Source: Piromyces finnis finn (taxonomy: Eukaryota; Fungi; Neocallimastigomycota). Taken from it: a stretch of DNA of 64,000 nt. The notes beneath the pieces were generated by a model. It made no database searches. It was given only the letters and a program-made list of their open reading frames with translations, and was not told the origin of the DNA. Below, one piece after another: positions 47,646 through 61,186 of this stretch (positions are counted from its first letter, which is position 1; every line of letters begins with the position of its first letter). The DNA is taken from assembly GCA_002104945.1 (NCBI GenBank), contig MCFH01000002.1, positions 496,001-560,000 on the forward strand. The letters run 5' to 3'. The position numbers and the translations under genes are program-made.

Positions 47646-50580
47646 ATGAAAACAATTCAATTTTTTTATTTAATATCTTTTTTAGTAGCATATGCTACTG
47701 CAAGAACAGTAAAGTTTGGTCTTGTTGCTTTTGGTACAACTGCAAAAGTTAAAATCAATGATTTATCCTATACTATGACAAGACCTAATAACAAAGATCC
47801 ATATTTTATTTTAACAAAAGAAATTGATGATAATGAAATAGTGTAATAAAAAAATATATAAAGTATATTATATATTTAAATACAATAGATATTATTTAAT
47901 TGAATGTTTAAAATAATAAAATAATAATATCTAATATAATATATATAATATATATATTTGATATATTTATTCATATTCATAAATTATAAATTAATGCAGC
48001 TATAAATATATCATTGATGATAAAGAAGAAGAGTTTTATCGTACACTTTCAGTTGGTGTATCAACAACACATAATGAATTTTTTGGAAGAAAGGATACCG
48101 TAAAAGAATTACCAGAATTTAATCATCCTGAAAAGGATTCATGGACAAAATCTATTGGTAAAACATCACTTTTTGATGACTCTTATATACCAACAGTTCA
48201 TATATACGGGGAAAATGCAAATAATACGTTTACAACAGGAAGTGCAAGTGTTGTTAAAAGAGTAGCTTTTATTTTAAAGGATGATGTAGTTATTGTTAAG
48301 GTAAAATAAAAATATCATATATTTAGTCTTTTTTTTTTAAAAAAAAATAGTTTATTATATATTTATTTTTATATTAAATAAATAATTAAAAAAAAAAATA
48401 TGTAATAAAATAATAAAAAATAAAAATAAATAAACTAGAATGCCGCTCTTTACACAAAAAATAGAAATTGGGACAAGTTTCAATTTAGACTTGTTATGAA
48501 TTATTCAAACGGTGATATGACGGGTGTCTATGGTCGTTATGTTTTAAAATTCCGTGATAATAATGAAGATCCAACATTCTTTAGACAAAAATTATATTCT
48601 GATATTATGAATACTATTGGTGCACCAACCATTCAAACTATATTTGCTCGTGTTTATGTTAATAATATCCCAGTTGGTTTATATGTTTTACAAGAAGAAG
48701 CTGCTAGTGAATCGTTTGTTAGATCAGCATTTCATGGTGATAATAATGGAAACTTTTTACTTAATGACTATAATGAATTAGGTCACCCCTTAGATTGTGC
48801 AACTGGATCAGATTTTGAATTTATTGAAGGTTCCACATATAGTACATTTAAATCATCTAATACCACCCGTTACAATAATTCTAGGATTGCTGCTTTAAAT
48901 AAAGCATTTTACGATTTAAATGCAAGTAATGATGAAGAAATTGAGAATTTTAATAAAGAATGGTTTGATATCGATTCTTTTCTTAAAGCAATTGCATTAC
49001 AATATTTGACTGGTCATTGGGATTCCTATTGGTTTTATTCTACTAATTTTGCTGTATACGATGATCCAACCGAATCAACCGAAACTACTTTTAAATTCTA
49101 TTTTATTTGTCAAGACTGGGATGGTACTTTTGGTTTGAATATTAATCCAATTTATACTCGTTATGCTGATGAAGAATTTACCACTATCTCCTACAAAAGA
49201 TATGTTAACATTGAATGGGGAATTGATTCATACGATGCTCCTCATCGTTATGCTATTGATAAACTTTTATCTAATCCGAAGATACATGCTCGTTTTGAAG
49301 AAATTCTTACTAGTATTGTAAAATATATCATGAACCCAAAAGATTTTAGTGTACGTCTTGACGCATTTGTTGAAAGATTTAGAGATGAAGTTGATTTCAC
49401 TTTTAATGTTATTCCATGGCGTAAAGGTACTGAGATTATTAAATGGACTATGGATGATTTCGAAAGAAATATTAATTACAAGGGTAGATATGGTGCTAGC
49501 TATGGTATTAAAGAATTTATTTATAAGAGAGCTAGTTTTATTAATGAAGAATTTCAATTAGGTCTTGATCTTGGGGAAAATATTTATGAAAATATTAAGG
49601 AATGTGGTCAAGGCTTTGGAAAATGTAGTGATGGAAAATGCTGTAGTCAATTTGGATATTGTGGATCTACTGATGATCATTGTCGTATAGCAAAAGGTTG
49701 TCAAATTGGTTTTGGTTTATGTAATGAAGAAGAAGAGGAAGATTATAATTTACCTATAATAGAATCATCAACAATTATTGAACCAGGAATTAATGAAGCT
49801 CCTACTGAGGGTGAAGCTCATACTTTTACTTTTCCAGTAATTATTCATGATTCTACTAATACAATTATTCCATCTATACCAACAAATACAATTGCTATTG
49901 TTGAACCCGTCATTGATTCCTCTGATATTAATATAATTAAACCTACTAGTACTATTTATTCGTCCCCAATATCAAATAATGAATCAATTATTACACCAAC
50001 AATTACTCAAATAGTTCAATCCACAAAAACGATTGTTAATCCAAGTACTAAAACTGTTTCATCTAGTATTAAAATTTCTACTACCGGACTTTGTGGACCT
50101 GAACATGGTATTTGTCCAGACAATAAATGTTGTAGTAAATATGGATATTGTGGTACTACTAATGACTACTGTGGTGATGGATGTCAAAGTAACTATGGTA
50201 ATTGTTCATTAATTCCAACAAAAACAAGTAATTTAATAAATACTTCATTACCAATATCCTCTGGTATATGTGGTGCAGGTATAGCTGTATGTGCTTCAGG
50301 TTTATGTTGTAGTAAATATGGATATTGTGGTAATACTAATGACTATTGTGGTGCTGGTTGTCAAAGTGAATTTGGTATTTGTTATAGTACAGTGACAACA
50401 GTTACAAATCTTGTTGTAGCTTTGGATAAATCAACACCTACATCAACTAACGGTAGATGTGGTCCTTCCTACGGTGCTTGTACTAAAAGTGGATATTGTT
50501 GTAGTCAATACGGTTATTGTGGTAAAACTTCAGCTCATTGTGGTGTTGGTTGTCAACCATTATATGGTCTATGTAATTAA
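47646..50580 (+). CDS. Secreted CotH-family kinase with four CBM18 (hevein-like chitin-binding) modules; 3 exons
   Basis: The signal peptide reads [19 protein letters not shown]. CotH motifs are [26 protein letters not shown] and QDWDGTFG. Four CG...CCS[K/Q][Y/F]GYCG...C..GCQ..[Y/F]G.C units follow, separated by Thr/Ser/Pro linkers. No dockerin is evident. Confidence 0.93.
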
Positions 50581-53500
50581 ACATAAAGTAGTACTTGGAG
50601 AAAATATTATTAATTGTAGTATATTAGTTTTTATTAAATAATATTATATAAAAAGTATTTGAATTAAATATCCTTATTTTATTTTTATAATATTAATAAT
50701 AAATTAAAAAAAAAAAAAAAAGCATATATATATTTTTAATTTTTTTTTTTTAAATCATGAAAATAATTTATTATTTTTTAATAAATAACAATAAATAATA
50801 TATAAATTCAAATATAAATGCTTTGTTATATCATTTATAAATAATAAAAATAAAAATAAAAAATAAAAAGAAATTACGATGACCTTATTATTTTAAATAA
50901 TTGAAAGCATTTTTTTTTTTAGACATTAAATATAAAGTAAATTTAAAAACATATCAAAGATATGTTATTAGTTATTATTAAAACTACATATTCATTTCAG
51001 AAATATTTCTCGTTTCATCTTGTTTTTGGTTTTTTATTATAGTTAAATAAATTTAATTATAATATTAGAAAATGAAACTAATTAATTATTTCTAAAAAAG
51101 GTTTAATTATAATTAATATAAATTACTTAACTTTATTTAATAAATAAATAGATTAAAAATGAATAAATATTAAATTGAAATAGCATAACTATCCAATTCT
51201 GTTTAAAACAAAATATAATACTTGAATAACCTTTTAAAGGAATAATTTCAATCTAATTATCATAAATGAACGCATGAACGCATGAATGAATAAAATAAAT
51301 ATGTTAAAATCCTATAATGAAATTATAATTTTATTTAGAATTATAATTTTATTTCAAATGTATAATAATTTATTATATGATATACAATTTTATATTCATA
51401 TATATAAAATTTGGCCAATTAAAAACTGAAAACATTATTTTTTAGTTATTAATAATAAATATCTAAAGTTTTTTTTTTAATTTCTTACTATTTATTATAT
51501 TAATTAAAGAAAGCCAACAATAGTTGAGATTTTTAATTTATAGTATTATTAATAAATTATTTAGTATGAATATTTAAGGTTATAAGAAATCCTTTCCATG
51601 TAAAATTGAATATATTTTATTATTTACATATTCATTAGTTTGGATTTTTTAAATGATTTATATATCAGGCAAAAACCTTATTATTAGAAAACATTCTTTT
51701 TTTTCCTGCTTTTACTATTTTAGAAAATTATTAACACAGCTTCAAAGGAATTAAATAATCTTTTATCACTCAACAAAATACATTTTTTAAATGTAGTTTA
51801 GTTTCTAAGTTTGTGGCAATACATTTTCCAATTTATTAATCAGATATATTTTTTTTAACTCATTAATTTTTTTTAATAATATTAAAGTTTTAAAATTTTA
51901 CAATTTTCTGTAATTATACAATATAAGTATTGACCAATAAAAATTAATACGATTTACTCTATAATAATGTTATTATATAAAGTATTATAGTATTATTTTA
52001 TTAATTAAACTATTTTTTAATTAAATTTTTTAGTTCTACCCATGAAAAACTTAAAATTTTATTAAATCTCCGGATATTTCAATATAAAATTTAATGTATT
52101 ATATTTTCATACAATTATAATTTTAATTCTGTTTAATAAAAATTTATTATACTAAACCATTTTAAATTAAAAAAAAAAATAATAAAGAAATATTAGAAAA
52201 GTTTATTGTATAATTTTTTAATTATAATGTCACCAAATATTAATATAACTATTTACAATATTAATATATTTAAAAAAAAACTTTACCATTACACAGAGAT
52301 ACTATTTTATTTATTTAATTAAAATTTTGAATAAATAATGGAAATATATTAAACTTTAATTAATATAAAAAAAGAAAAGTTTAATTTTGAATGGTGAATT
52401 AATTATTATATATTTTCCTAAGTTTGTAAAAATAATATTAAAAAGTATGTCAAATGTCAAATCGACTATTTTATAACAAATAGTTTTATAATGAATAACT
52501 ACAAATTAAATAAATAGAGCGCTTTATAGTAATTGAGTTTAATGATACTAATAATAATAGTATTAAACTATTGTTAAAAAATAAAATGTTTATATAAAAT
52601 CATTTTAGAAAAATATAACATTAAATTATTGTTAAAAAATAAATTGAACTATTTATATATTTACATTCATCACTACCTAATTCATTAAGATCATGTATCT
52701 CTCTCCGTTTTTTATTAATAATAATTGCTTTCAATAGGTAAGATACCTTTTTATTTACAATTTTTGCATATAATATCGAATAATAGTTTATAGTCAAGTC
52801 ATCTTAACAATACCTTCGTTTTTTTTTTTAAAAAAAAAAATAAACAGATCCCCTTAATTTTTATATTAAGTTTCTCCAACAATTCAATAATATACATTAG
52901 CTTTTCAACAATAATAAGCTTTAATAATAAGGATATTATAAATAGTATTTAATTTTACAATATTTATTATTTACTTTATTATTTTAGCTATCAATACTCA
53001 TTATATTTTAAATATGATTTTTTTTTAAAAAACGTTTATTTTTTTTAATAGGCAAATAACAACTACAACAAAAAAAAAACATGGTTTATTAAATGATATA
53101 AAAAATAAAGCATTTATTAACTTTGATAGAAAAAAAAAAAAAAAGGAGAACAAATCGATAGAAGTGTTAAAAAATATAAAACATTATCATATATTAAAGA
53201 TTCTATAATTAAAATATATGAATCAGTATATTATCTATATAATATGATTTATTGAATAATTTTATTTATTATTAAATATATAAATTTTATACTATTGGTT
53301 GGAACAAATAGACCATATAAATTATAATTATAATACTACAATATATTGATAATATATTAATAATAAATCGAATATATTATTTTTTGACTATTTAAAATAG
53401 TATCTTTATTTAATATTATATTATTATTTATATAATAATAATAATTATATTATTTTAAATAAATAATATTATGATATTTATTATCAAATTAATATAAAAA

Positions 53501-54171
53501 GTTATTTTTCTTTTTTATTTTTTAATTTTTCTTTATTAAAAAGTTAACAAAAAGGAAAAAAAGTATTTCATAAATTGATAGTATTCAATTCACTATTAAA
53601 TAATGCGACTTTTTTCTTTTTGATAATACTTTCCATGATTTTTATGATTTTTAACATATTTACTCAATTTTATTATATTTATTAATATATTATAAAGAAA
53701 AATAATGAATAATTAATTTATATTTATATTTTTTAATTAAAATTAATTAAAAATTCTTTTTAAAATTTATAAATTTTAAAAGGAATTTAATAATATTTTT
53801 TTTTTTTAGCAAAAACATCAATTATTCTAGATTTATATAATAATCTTTCTAATACTTTTTTTTAATCAGTATTAAAAATGATTTATTAATGTATAATTTC
53901 ACTTTTGAATAATAAAATTATTAAATAAAATAATTTAAATTAATCAAAAATACAGTTGCTATTAAATTATAAAATTTAAATAATTCAAAACTCGACTTAT
54001 CATATTGCTATATAAATCGATTATTCTTACCCTTTTGGTATATATAAATAATTAATAAATGGTTTTTTTTCTTTTAAATTAAAACTTTATTATAAACAAA
54101 AATTATATATATAATTAAATTTATATTGAAAATAGAATTATAATTTTTAGTTAATAAAATATAAAATAACA

Positions 54172-56301
54172 ATGAGTGGATCAACAGGTCTTTTAGAAGA
54201 TACATATAGAAGACAATATTTTAATTCACCAAAAATAAACAATGATAATTCATTTATATCATTAGAAACACTTACAAATGATACAAGTCCAAAGTTTTCG
54301 TCTAATGAAAGAAATGCAAATGTAAGAAATGATGAAAGAAAAAGAGAACTTAGAATAAATAATTTTGATAATCTCTATGAAGATGAAAATAAATTTAGTG
54401 ATAAAAGTTCAACCTTATACAAAAACAGTAATGATTTTGATACATTCCTTCCTTGTATTGAAAGTGTAGTTACTGATAGTGATTTTTCTGATTTAGCTCA
54501 AGAATTTGCTGAATTTGGAAAATCATTTTCTAAAGATAGCATATCTTTTGAAAAAGATTATTTATTCCAAAACAAAAAGTCAAACAAAAAGGAATTTAGT
54601 AAAAAATTCAAAGTAGAAGTGGACCCTAAAACAAAGTATACTTACAATAACTTATATAATATAAATACTGAAATATATAATTCACCATCACCAACATCAT
54701 TGAATAGAGATGTAGTTGAAAAGGAAATTAAAAAATATGATAATGATGTTGATAGACTTGATTTAAGATTTATTCAAAATGCTCTTTTATTTCAAAATAA
54801 AAAAGATAAAAGGGAAATTTACAATCCAAATGAAAATGTCTTAAAAGCATTATACGAAACTCCAAATGATAAAAGATTAACTAAAAGTTTTTTGGATATT
54901 GATAGCGATGTTAATTCCTTCAGTAATAATAAACGTTTAAGTTCTATCAATAAAGTTGATAAAGATATTGAAATTAATGAAGATGATATCTTATTAAATT
55001 CAAAGAACAAAGTTAGTTATCAAAATAATTGTCAAAATGTAAGACCAATTTATTTAACAAATCATCAGCCTGTGCAGCCTATCCAATTTTACAATAAAAA
55101 TTATCAAAAGAAATCATCAACTTTGCCATCCAAGCCCTCCCCATTAATTGAATCTAATAATGAATATTCTGATGAAATTGATATCAAATCAAAAAATAAA
55201 ACAAATATGTATGGTTATGATGATGATTATACAACAGATAAATATGAAAATAGCTCAAGAAAAATCCCACCAAATAATGAATATAGTATTAGTAATTCTA
55301 TATCATCAGATGATATTCCATTAGCTAATATAAAACCTTCATCTACACCAACTCTTTCAACTATATCATTATCTGTTCCAGGCGACAAGAGTAAATGCTC
55401 ATCTAATGATAAAAGTAAGAAATTAAATAAACCATTAATAGATTTATCGACAGAAACCACTACTATTGATTATTTAAAGCCTGCATTTACAAATTCAGCA
55501 TCTAATGAAAAAAAGGAGGAAAAACTTTCTAAAAAAGAAACAAAAAAGAAAAAGAAGCAATTATTTTCTTATTGTTGTAGTAGTAAGGTCCTTGATAATA
55601 GCTTTGTTGAAGATGGAAGTAAAAATTATAAAAAGAATTTATTTATTAAATGTCAGAAGGAACAAATTCACAGTTTTGAAGCAAAGAGAATGAATAGTTC
55701 TAGAAATAAAAGTAACACTACTTCTAATATTTCTAGTTTAATTTTATCATCATCAAGTAAAAACGATTCTATTGAAAATAACAAGGAAAATAATAGAGTA
55801 AGCTTCAAACCAAATTATCTTAGCAGAAGAAGTGATAGTTCTAGTGATTGTTTATCAGGAGTTTCTAGTATCAGCACCTCTTCAAGTTGTTCAATAAATA
55901 AAAGTCCAACTTCACCCTCAAGTACTTTTAAAAATATAATTATTGATAATAGTTCAATGAAAGAAATTAAGAATCTTGTAAATTCTGATATTAACAATAA
56001 ATCTCCACCAAAATCCATTATTATTCCAACTAATCAAACTAATACTCAATATATTCAATCAAAAAAAGAAAATATATTTGATGAAAGATCATCACAAATA
56101 TCTAACAACAGTATTGACACTTCTTCAAAATCACCTAATATAAATTCGACAGAATCTGGTTGTCCAATTCCCGAAAAGAAGCAAGTTAAATATTGTACTT
56201 CCTATGAACTTTGTGATGATGGTAATTGGAAACTTGTAGAAAGAAGATATAATGATAGTAAAGTTATTAAAGTTGAGATTATCTCAAGTAAAATGATTTA
56301 G
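54172..56301 (+). CDS. Unknown single-exon Ser/Asn/Lys-rich, probably disordered protein (709 aa)
   Basis: A 2.1-kb uninterrupted ORF in a genome where noncoding DNA is full of stops. No domain was recognised. Confidence 0.75.
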   Translation: MSGSTGLLEDTYRRQYFNSPKINNDNSFISLETLTNDTSPKFSSNERNANVRNDERKRELRINNFDNLYEDENKFSDKSSTLYKNSNDFDTFLPCIESVVTDSDFSDLAQEFAEFGKSFSKDSISFEKDYLFQNKKSNKKEFSKKFKVEVDPKTKYTYNNLYNINTEIYNSPSPTSLNRDVVEKEIKKYDNDVDRLDLRFIQNALLFQNKKDKREIYNPNENVLKALYETPNDKRLTKSFLDIDSDVNSFSNNKRLSSINKVDKDIEINEDDILLNSKNKVSYQNNCQNVRPIYLTNHQPVQPIQFYNKNYQKKSSTLPSKPSPLIESNNEYSDEIDIKSKNKTNMYGYDDDYTTDKYENSSRKIPPNNEYSISNSISSDDIPLANIKPSSTPTLSTISLSVPGDKSKCSSNDKSKKLNKPLIDLSTETTTIDYLKPAFTNSASNEKKEEKLSKKETKKKKKQLFSYCCSSKVLDNSFVEDGSKNYKKNLFIKCQKEQIHSFEAKRMNSSRNKSNTTSNISSLILSSSSKNDSIENNKENNRVSFKPNYLSRRSDSSSDCLSGVSSISTSSSCSINKSPTSPSSTFKNIIIDNSSMKEIKNLVNSDINNKSPPKSIIIPTNQTNTQYIQSKKENIFDERSSQISNNSIDTSSKSPNINSTESGCPIPEKKQVKYCTSYELCDDGNWKLVERRYNDSKVIKVEIISSKMI

Positions 56302-58063
56302 TTTTAAATCTTATCATAAAAATTACTATATATATAATTTAATAATAAGATTAAGAATCCAATTTCCTTGAAACTTTTTAAAATAAAAAAGTAATATATA
56401 AATATTAACAAAATAAGCCATAAATAGTATAAATATTAAATCCAAATATTAATTTATTATTAAAATATATATATAAAGTTCAAATGATCAAATGAAACAA
56501 GCAACACTGTCAAATTAATAATAACTATAACTAGTAGCATAATAAATAGTATTACTATTTAGATAAATAATAATTATAAAAGCAAAAAAAAAAAAAGACA
56601 AAAATACATAATATAAAATAATAATATATCAATTATTTTTTAAAGAAAATAAATTTGCTATAATATATATTTTATAACTTTATAATCAAAAATATTCAAA
56701 AAAAATTATATTAAATTATATTTCAACTATTCATTTATAACATAAACTATAAAAGATTTAATATATCAATATATCATTATCATAATAATTACAATAACAA
56801 TATAATATATATATACAATATTAATAACGTTAAACATTCATTATATATATTCGTAAGTCATAAGTATCATCATATTCATAACAGACAATCAAATAATATT
56901 TTTAAAAAAAAAAAATCATTCATAATTATTATTATATATATCCTATTTATAACAATTAATTACTATTATTTTATTATTCAATAATTTTTATTCCTCCCCA
57001 TTTTTTTTCCCATCTAATTTAATATATTTTTAGCAATATTTAATTAAAATAATAATAAAATATAAAAAAGTAGTAAAAGATTAATAATTAATTGTTTATA
57101 ATATTATCTTAATTTTATATTTAATTAAATATTAATTAAAAGGGAAGAAAATAATAGTTAGAGGTTTTTAATTTTAAAAAAATTTTTTTTTTTTTATAAT
57201 ATAAATCTAAAGTTCTTAAATAAATAAAATATAATACAAAAATAATAAGAATAAATAATAAGACATATATAGTTTTAATATACCGATTTTTATATTAACT
57301 ATTGATACATCCAGTTTTTTTTTTTTTTTTTTTTTTTTGTATGCTAATTATTAAAATAATCAGTGATATAATATGATTTATTTTATTTTTTTTTTTTTTT
57401 AAACCAGTTTTTATAAATAATTTACATTAAGACTTAAACCTAAAAATATGTAATAATAGATTTATGATTAATGAATCAATAATGCATATGTAAAATTATA
57501 ATGATAGAGAATATATTTAAAATGTCTTGATAGTTTTATTTAATATGTGTATATGTGTTTGTTTGTTTTTTAATAAAAATATCTTTTAATAAAATATCTT
57601 TCTATAATAATTTAATGTATCATCTTTATGAATTTTATGTTTTATAATAATAAAAAAAATATGGATCTAGTATATTTAAAATATTTTTTTTTTAAAATTT
57701 TCATTACATTACATGATATAATGATTTTACACTACTAATACCTAACTACAAAATTTAATAAATTATGATTAAAAATAATGATTTATAAATAATTTAAATA
57801 ATTCTTTTAAATAAGATATAAAATATTTTTTGTCATTATAAATTGAGAATATATTTAAAGACAAAAATATCATCATTATCATACTTTGTAATTTTTATAG
57901 ATTTTTAATGGTTTATTTTATATTTTTTATTTAATATTTATTTATATTATATTTCAGTTATTATATAAATAATAGATTAAATAATCTATTATATATAACA
58001 AATAAAATTCATGTTTTTCTTTTACTATACATTGATATTATTGTTAAATAAATGATTTCTATA

Positions 58064-61000
58064 TTAATATCTATTTAATCCACAACAATAAGTATGAATT
58101 GACTTGTATTTATCAATTTCTTCTTGAGGTACTGAATTAAACATATCTTCTAACGTTTTATATCCTAATGCCCAATATGATGGTTTTCCATTATCATGTC
58201 CATGTCGATTCATACCATATGATCGATATATATGAATATTATGCTTTTTATAAATCTTTTCAACTTCCTCCCATCGTTCAGAATCACTTTCTTTTAAAAT
58301 ATTTTTTAATATTTTATTGCTTTTTCTACAAACATTTCCATTGTTCCATACCACTTGATCATCCTCATCTCTTCCAAGTAAAATAATCGAGGTTTTATCA
58401 AATAATAAAGGATAATTTTCGGTTTTGTAATTTGAATTTAATTCATTGATCAACTTTAAAAATCCTGCTGAATAGATATTTTCAATTTTCACTGTAGAAT
58501 TTCCTCGAGATATTCCATTTTTAAATCCTTCTTTAAATTCTTCTAAACTTTCACTTGTTAGCATTTTTATTACTAATTCATCTTCTAAAATACTTGCTTC
58601 CTTTTTTAATTGTTCATTTAAACGACTTTCATAATCCATCCTGTATCTTGTTCTAATATATTTTTTAACCATTTCATTACTTTCTTCATAATTTTCAGTA
58701 TCAATAATTATCATACGTTGATTTGATGTATCCATTCTACTTTCATTCTTTATACAAAGGAGGGCTTGAACAATGGAAAATACCTTAAATTCTTCAAAGT
58801 TATAATGAATATCTAAAAGACTTTTTACATTTTCTTCATTACATTCACTTATCTTGTTAATTCCTTCAATTTTATCTTCTTGTAAAATTGCTTGAATATA
58901 ATATGGAATGAATGGAATCATCATAACATTCTTGGCATAACTAAAGATTTCATTAACAATATCATAATTAACGGTGTATTCATCAAAAAATTCAGGAATA
59001 TTATTTTGATCAAACATTTTTGGAAGTGGTGTTCCATTCTTTTCATAATCAATTCCTAATAAAGATTTCAATGTTATATGAGCATAATTTTGAATATCTT
59101 GATTCTTTTTAATCATCTTATTAACAACTCGGTGAATTTCATGACAGAATAAATGTCTTAATATCTTTGGTAATATTTCCATTTGATTGTTCTTAATAAT
59201 ATTAATAAATACATTTGTCATACATTCTACTGAATTATCATCTAAATAAATGTAATACTTGCTTTGTTCTTCATCACTTTGATAACCCTCAATTTGCTTA
59301 TTGATCAAATTATTAACATAATTATAATGTCCTTTAGACGCAACTTGATAGTTTTCAATTAATTGACTGAAAAGATTAATCACTGCTTCCGATCTATGAT
59401 TCTCACTAAACATTTGGCATATCTTTAAAATCCCTGATTCAATTGAAAATTCATAAGTATATGGAACTTCAACTAATACCCTTCTCATTCCAATACTAGC
59501 TGTATATTCTAACAATTTTGGTGCATATTTTAACAAGAATTGATGAATACGTTGATCATCAAATACTGGAATTACATTTGTAATAATCTTTCGAGTATTA
59601 AAATCAACTAAATTATTTTCTCCATTACTAAATTCACTTGCCGTTAACACATCGGACAAACTAATATAGCATCCAAGATAAATGTCGTTTAAACGATAAA
59701 TCATTGGATCAGTATAATTTCCAATAAAACCATCACATCCAATACCAACAATGTTTAATAGTTTAATAATATCAATAGCTGTAAAAGCTTCTAATGCATC
59801 TTTATCATCTGCTAGTTCACAAACTGACTTAATTCCTTCTAAAGTGGTATAAGTAGAGTAGAAACTAACAGAATGTTCACTATCATCAATATCTTTAATT
59901 TCATCTAAATGTTCGGCCATTGCTAAAACCTCTTTTCTTGCTTCTTCATCAAAATCAATTCCTTCATTCATTCCTCTTCTAGATAAACTCTTTCCATCCT
60001 TATTCACTTCTACATTTCTTAAGAAATCTGCTAATTGTTTGGAATTTAATTGGCTTACCTTATCATTATTTTGAATTTCTTTCATCATACCAAAAATAGA
60101 GAATTCTTGTTTTCTAATACGTCTTTTTAAATAATGAATACGATCCTTAATTAAAATATAATCATTACTATCTCCTTGCATACTATTATTAATCAAATAT
60201 TGTTCAAATTCTTCGAAATATTTAGCAATTAATTTCATTTCTTCTAATGCTGTTTGAGTATTAATAATTTTTAATACTTTTAACTTTCTCATAAAGAAAT
60301 CAATCTTTTTATCTAAAATTCTCTTGTAATTATTAAGAGTAAGTTCTTCACAAATTTCTACAGGAATATTACAAAGAGAACTAAGTCCATCGACTTCTGT
60401 CTGAATATAAATTTGTTCTGGAAGTTTGTCCATCCAAATAAAATTGTCTTCTTCAAATAAATCAATAGTATCATCAGGAAGATTCCATGGATTTTCTTTT
60501 AATATTTTTTCTGAAGATTGTAAAGTAATCTTATAATTCATTCCATCATGTCTATATAAAGCAGCAATACTTTCGGCAATCCTTTCAACACCATCAGCAG
60601 AATCAATATCAATAAGATATGGATTCGATAAAGTATTAAATTGAAGCATAGATGAAAGACCTCTTGTATCGGGTTCACATGAAGAAGTAAAAAAACGAAT
60701 AGCTTGAGAATTAATTATAAAATTATCTTTGATATCTAAATATAAAGAAGATGCAAGATTTAAAGTTTCACTTTGATCAAAAAGGTCACCATCAGAAAGT
60801 GTAAGAATTCTTATATTTTGTTTTTTATTTTGTATAATAAGTTTATTTAATAAAACTTTTAAATCCTCAATAGCACATGCCATATGAGTACCACCACGAC
60901 AATCAATATCTAAATTTTTAAAGTAGGTCATATTACCAGTATATATTTCTGAATAATCGTCAAAGGTAATTAAGTCGATATCAACTTCTGTCATATTTAA

Positions 61001-61186
61001 CTTTATTAAAATTTTAGGTAGAATAAGATTTACAAATTTTCTAACTGAATGTCTCATAGAACCTGAACGATCTAAGATAACGAAAAATTTAACATCTGCC
61101 TTTTGCTTCATAGTAGTCTCAAGTTCGGAAATATTGATTTTACCAATATAACCATTATTAGATTTGTAAGCCTTTAATGAAACCAT
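58064..61186 (-). CDS. Intronless VWA-domain protein (1040 aa)
   Basis: The N-terminal VWA has an intact MIDAS (VILDRSGSM, RGGT, ILTLSDGD). A long helical region follows, and the C-terminus has a His/Cys motif (NRHGHDNGKPSYWALGY...HTYCCG). Confidence 0.85.
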   Translation of the reverse strand: MVSLKAYKSNNGYIGKINISELETTMKQKADVKFFVILDRSGSMRHSVRKFVNLILPKILIKLNMTEVDIDLITFDDYSEIYTGNMTYFKNLDIDCRGGTHMACAIEDLKVLLNKLIIQNKKQNIRILTLSDGDLFDQSETLNLASSLYLDIKDNFIINSQAIRFFTSSCEPDTRGLSSMLQFNTLSNPYLIDIDSADGVERIAESIAALYRHDGMNYKITLQSSEKILKENPWNLPDDTIDLFEEDNFIWMDKLPEQIYIQTEVDGLSSLCNIPVEICEELTLNNYKRILDKKIDFFMRKLKVLKIINTQTALEEMKLIAKYFEEFEQYLINNSMQGDSNDYILIKDRIHYLKRRIRKQEFSIFGMMKEIQNNDKVSQLNSKQLADFLRNVEVNKDGKSLSRRGMNEGIDFDEEARKEVLAMAEHLDEIKDIDDSEHSVSFYSTYTTLEGIKSVCELADDKDALEAFTAIDIIKLLNIVGIGCDGFIGNYTDPMIYRLNDIYLGCYISLSDVLTASEFSNGENNLVDFNTRKIITNVIPVFDDQRIHQFLLKYAPKLLEYTASIGMRRVLVEVPYTYEFSIESGILKICQMFSENHRSEAVINLFSQLIENYQVASKGHYNYVNNLINKQIEGYQSDEEQSKYYIYLDDNSVECMTNVFINIIKNNQMEILPKILRHLFCHEIHRVVNKMIKKNQDIQNYAHITLKSLLGIDYEKNGTPLPKMFDQNNIPEFFDEYTVNYDIVNEIFSYAKNVMMIPFIPYYIQAILQEDKIEGINKISECNEENVKSLLDIHYNFEEFKVFSIVQALLCIKNESRMDTSNQRMIIIDTENYEESNEMVKKYIRTRYRMDYESRLNEQLKKEASILEDELVIKMLTSESLEEFKEGFKNGISRGNSTVKIENIYSAGFLKLINELNSNYKTENYPLLFDKTSIILLGRDEDDQVVWNNGNVCRKSNKILKNILKESDSERWEEVEKIYKKHNIHIYRSYGMNRHGHDNGKPSYWALGYKTLEDMFNSVPQEEIDKYKSIHTYCCGLNRY

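Noticed and set aside
50600-54170. 3.5-kb gene-free stretch
   Set aside because: No ORF, spliceable exon chain, terminal repeats or tRNA fold could be supported by eye.
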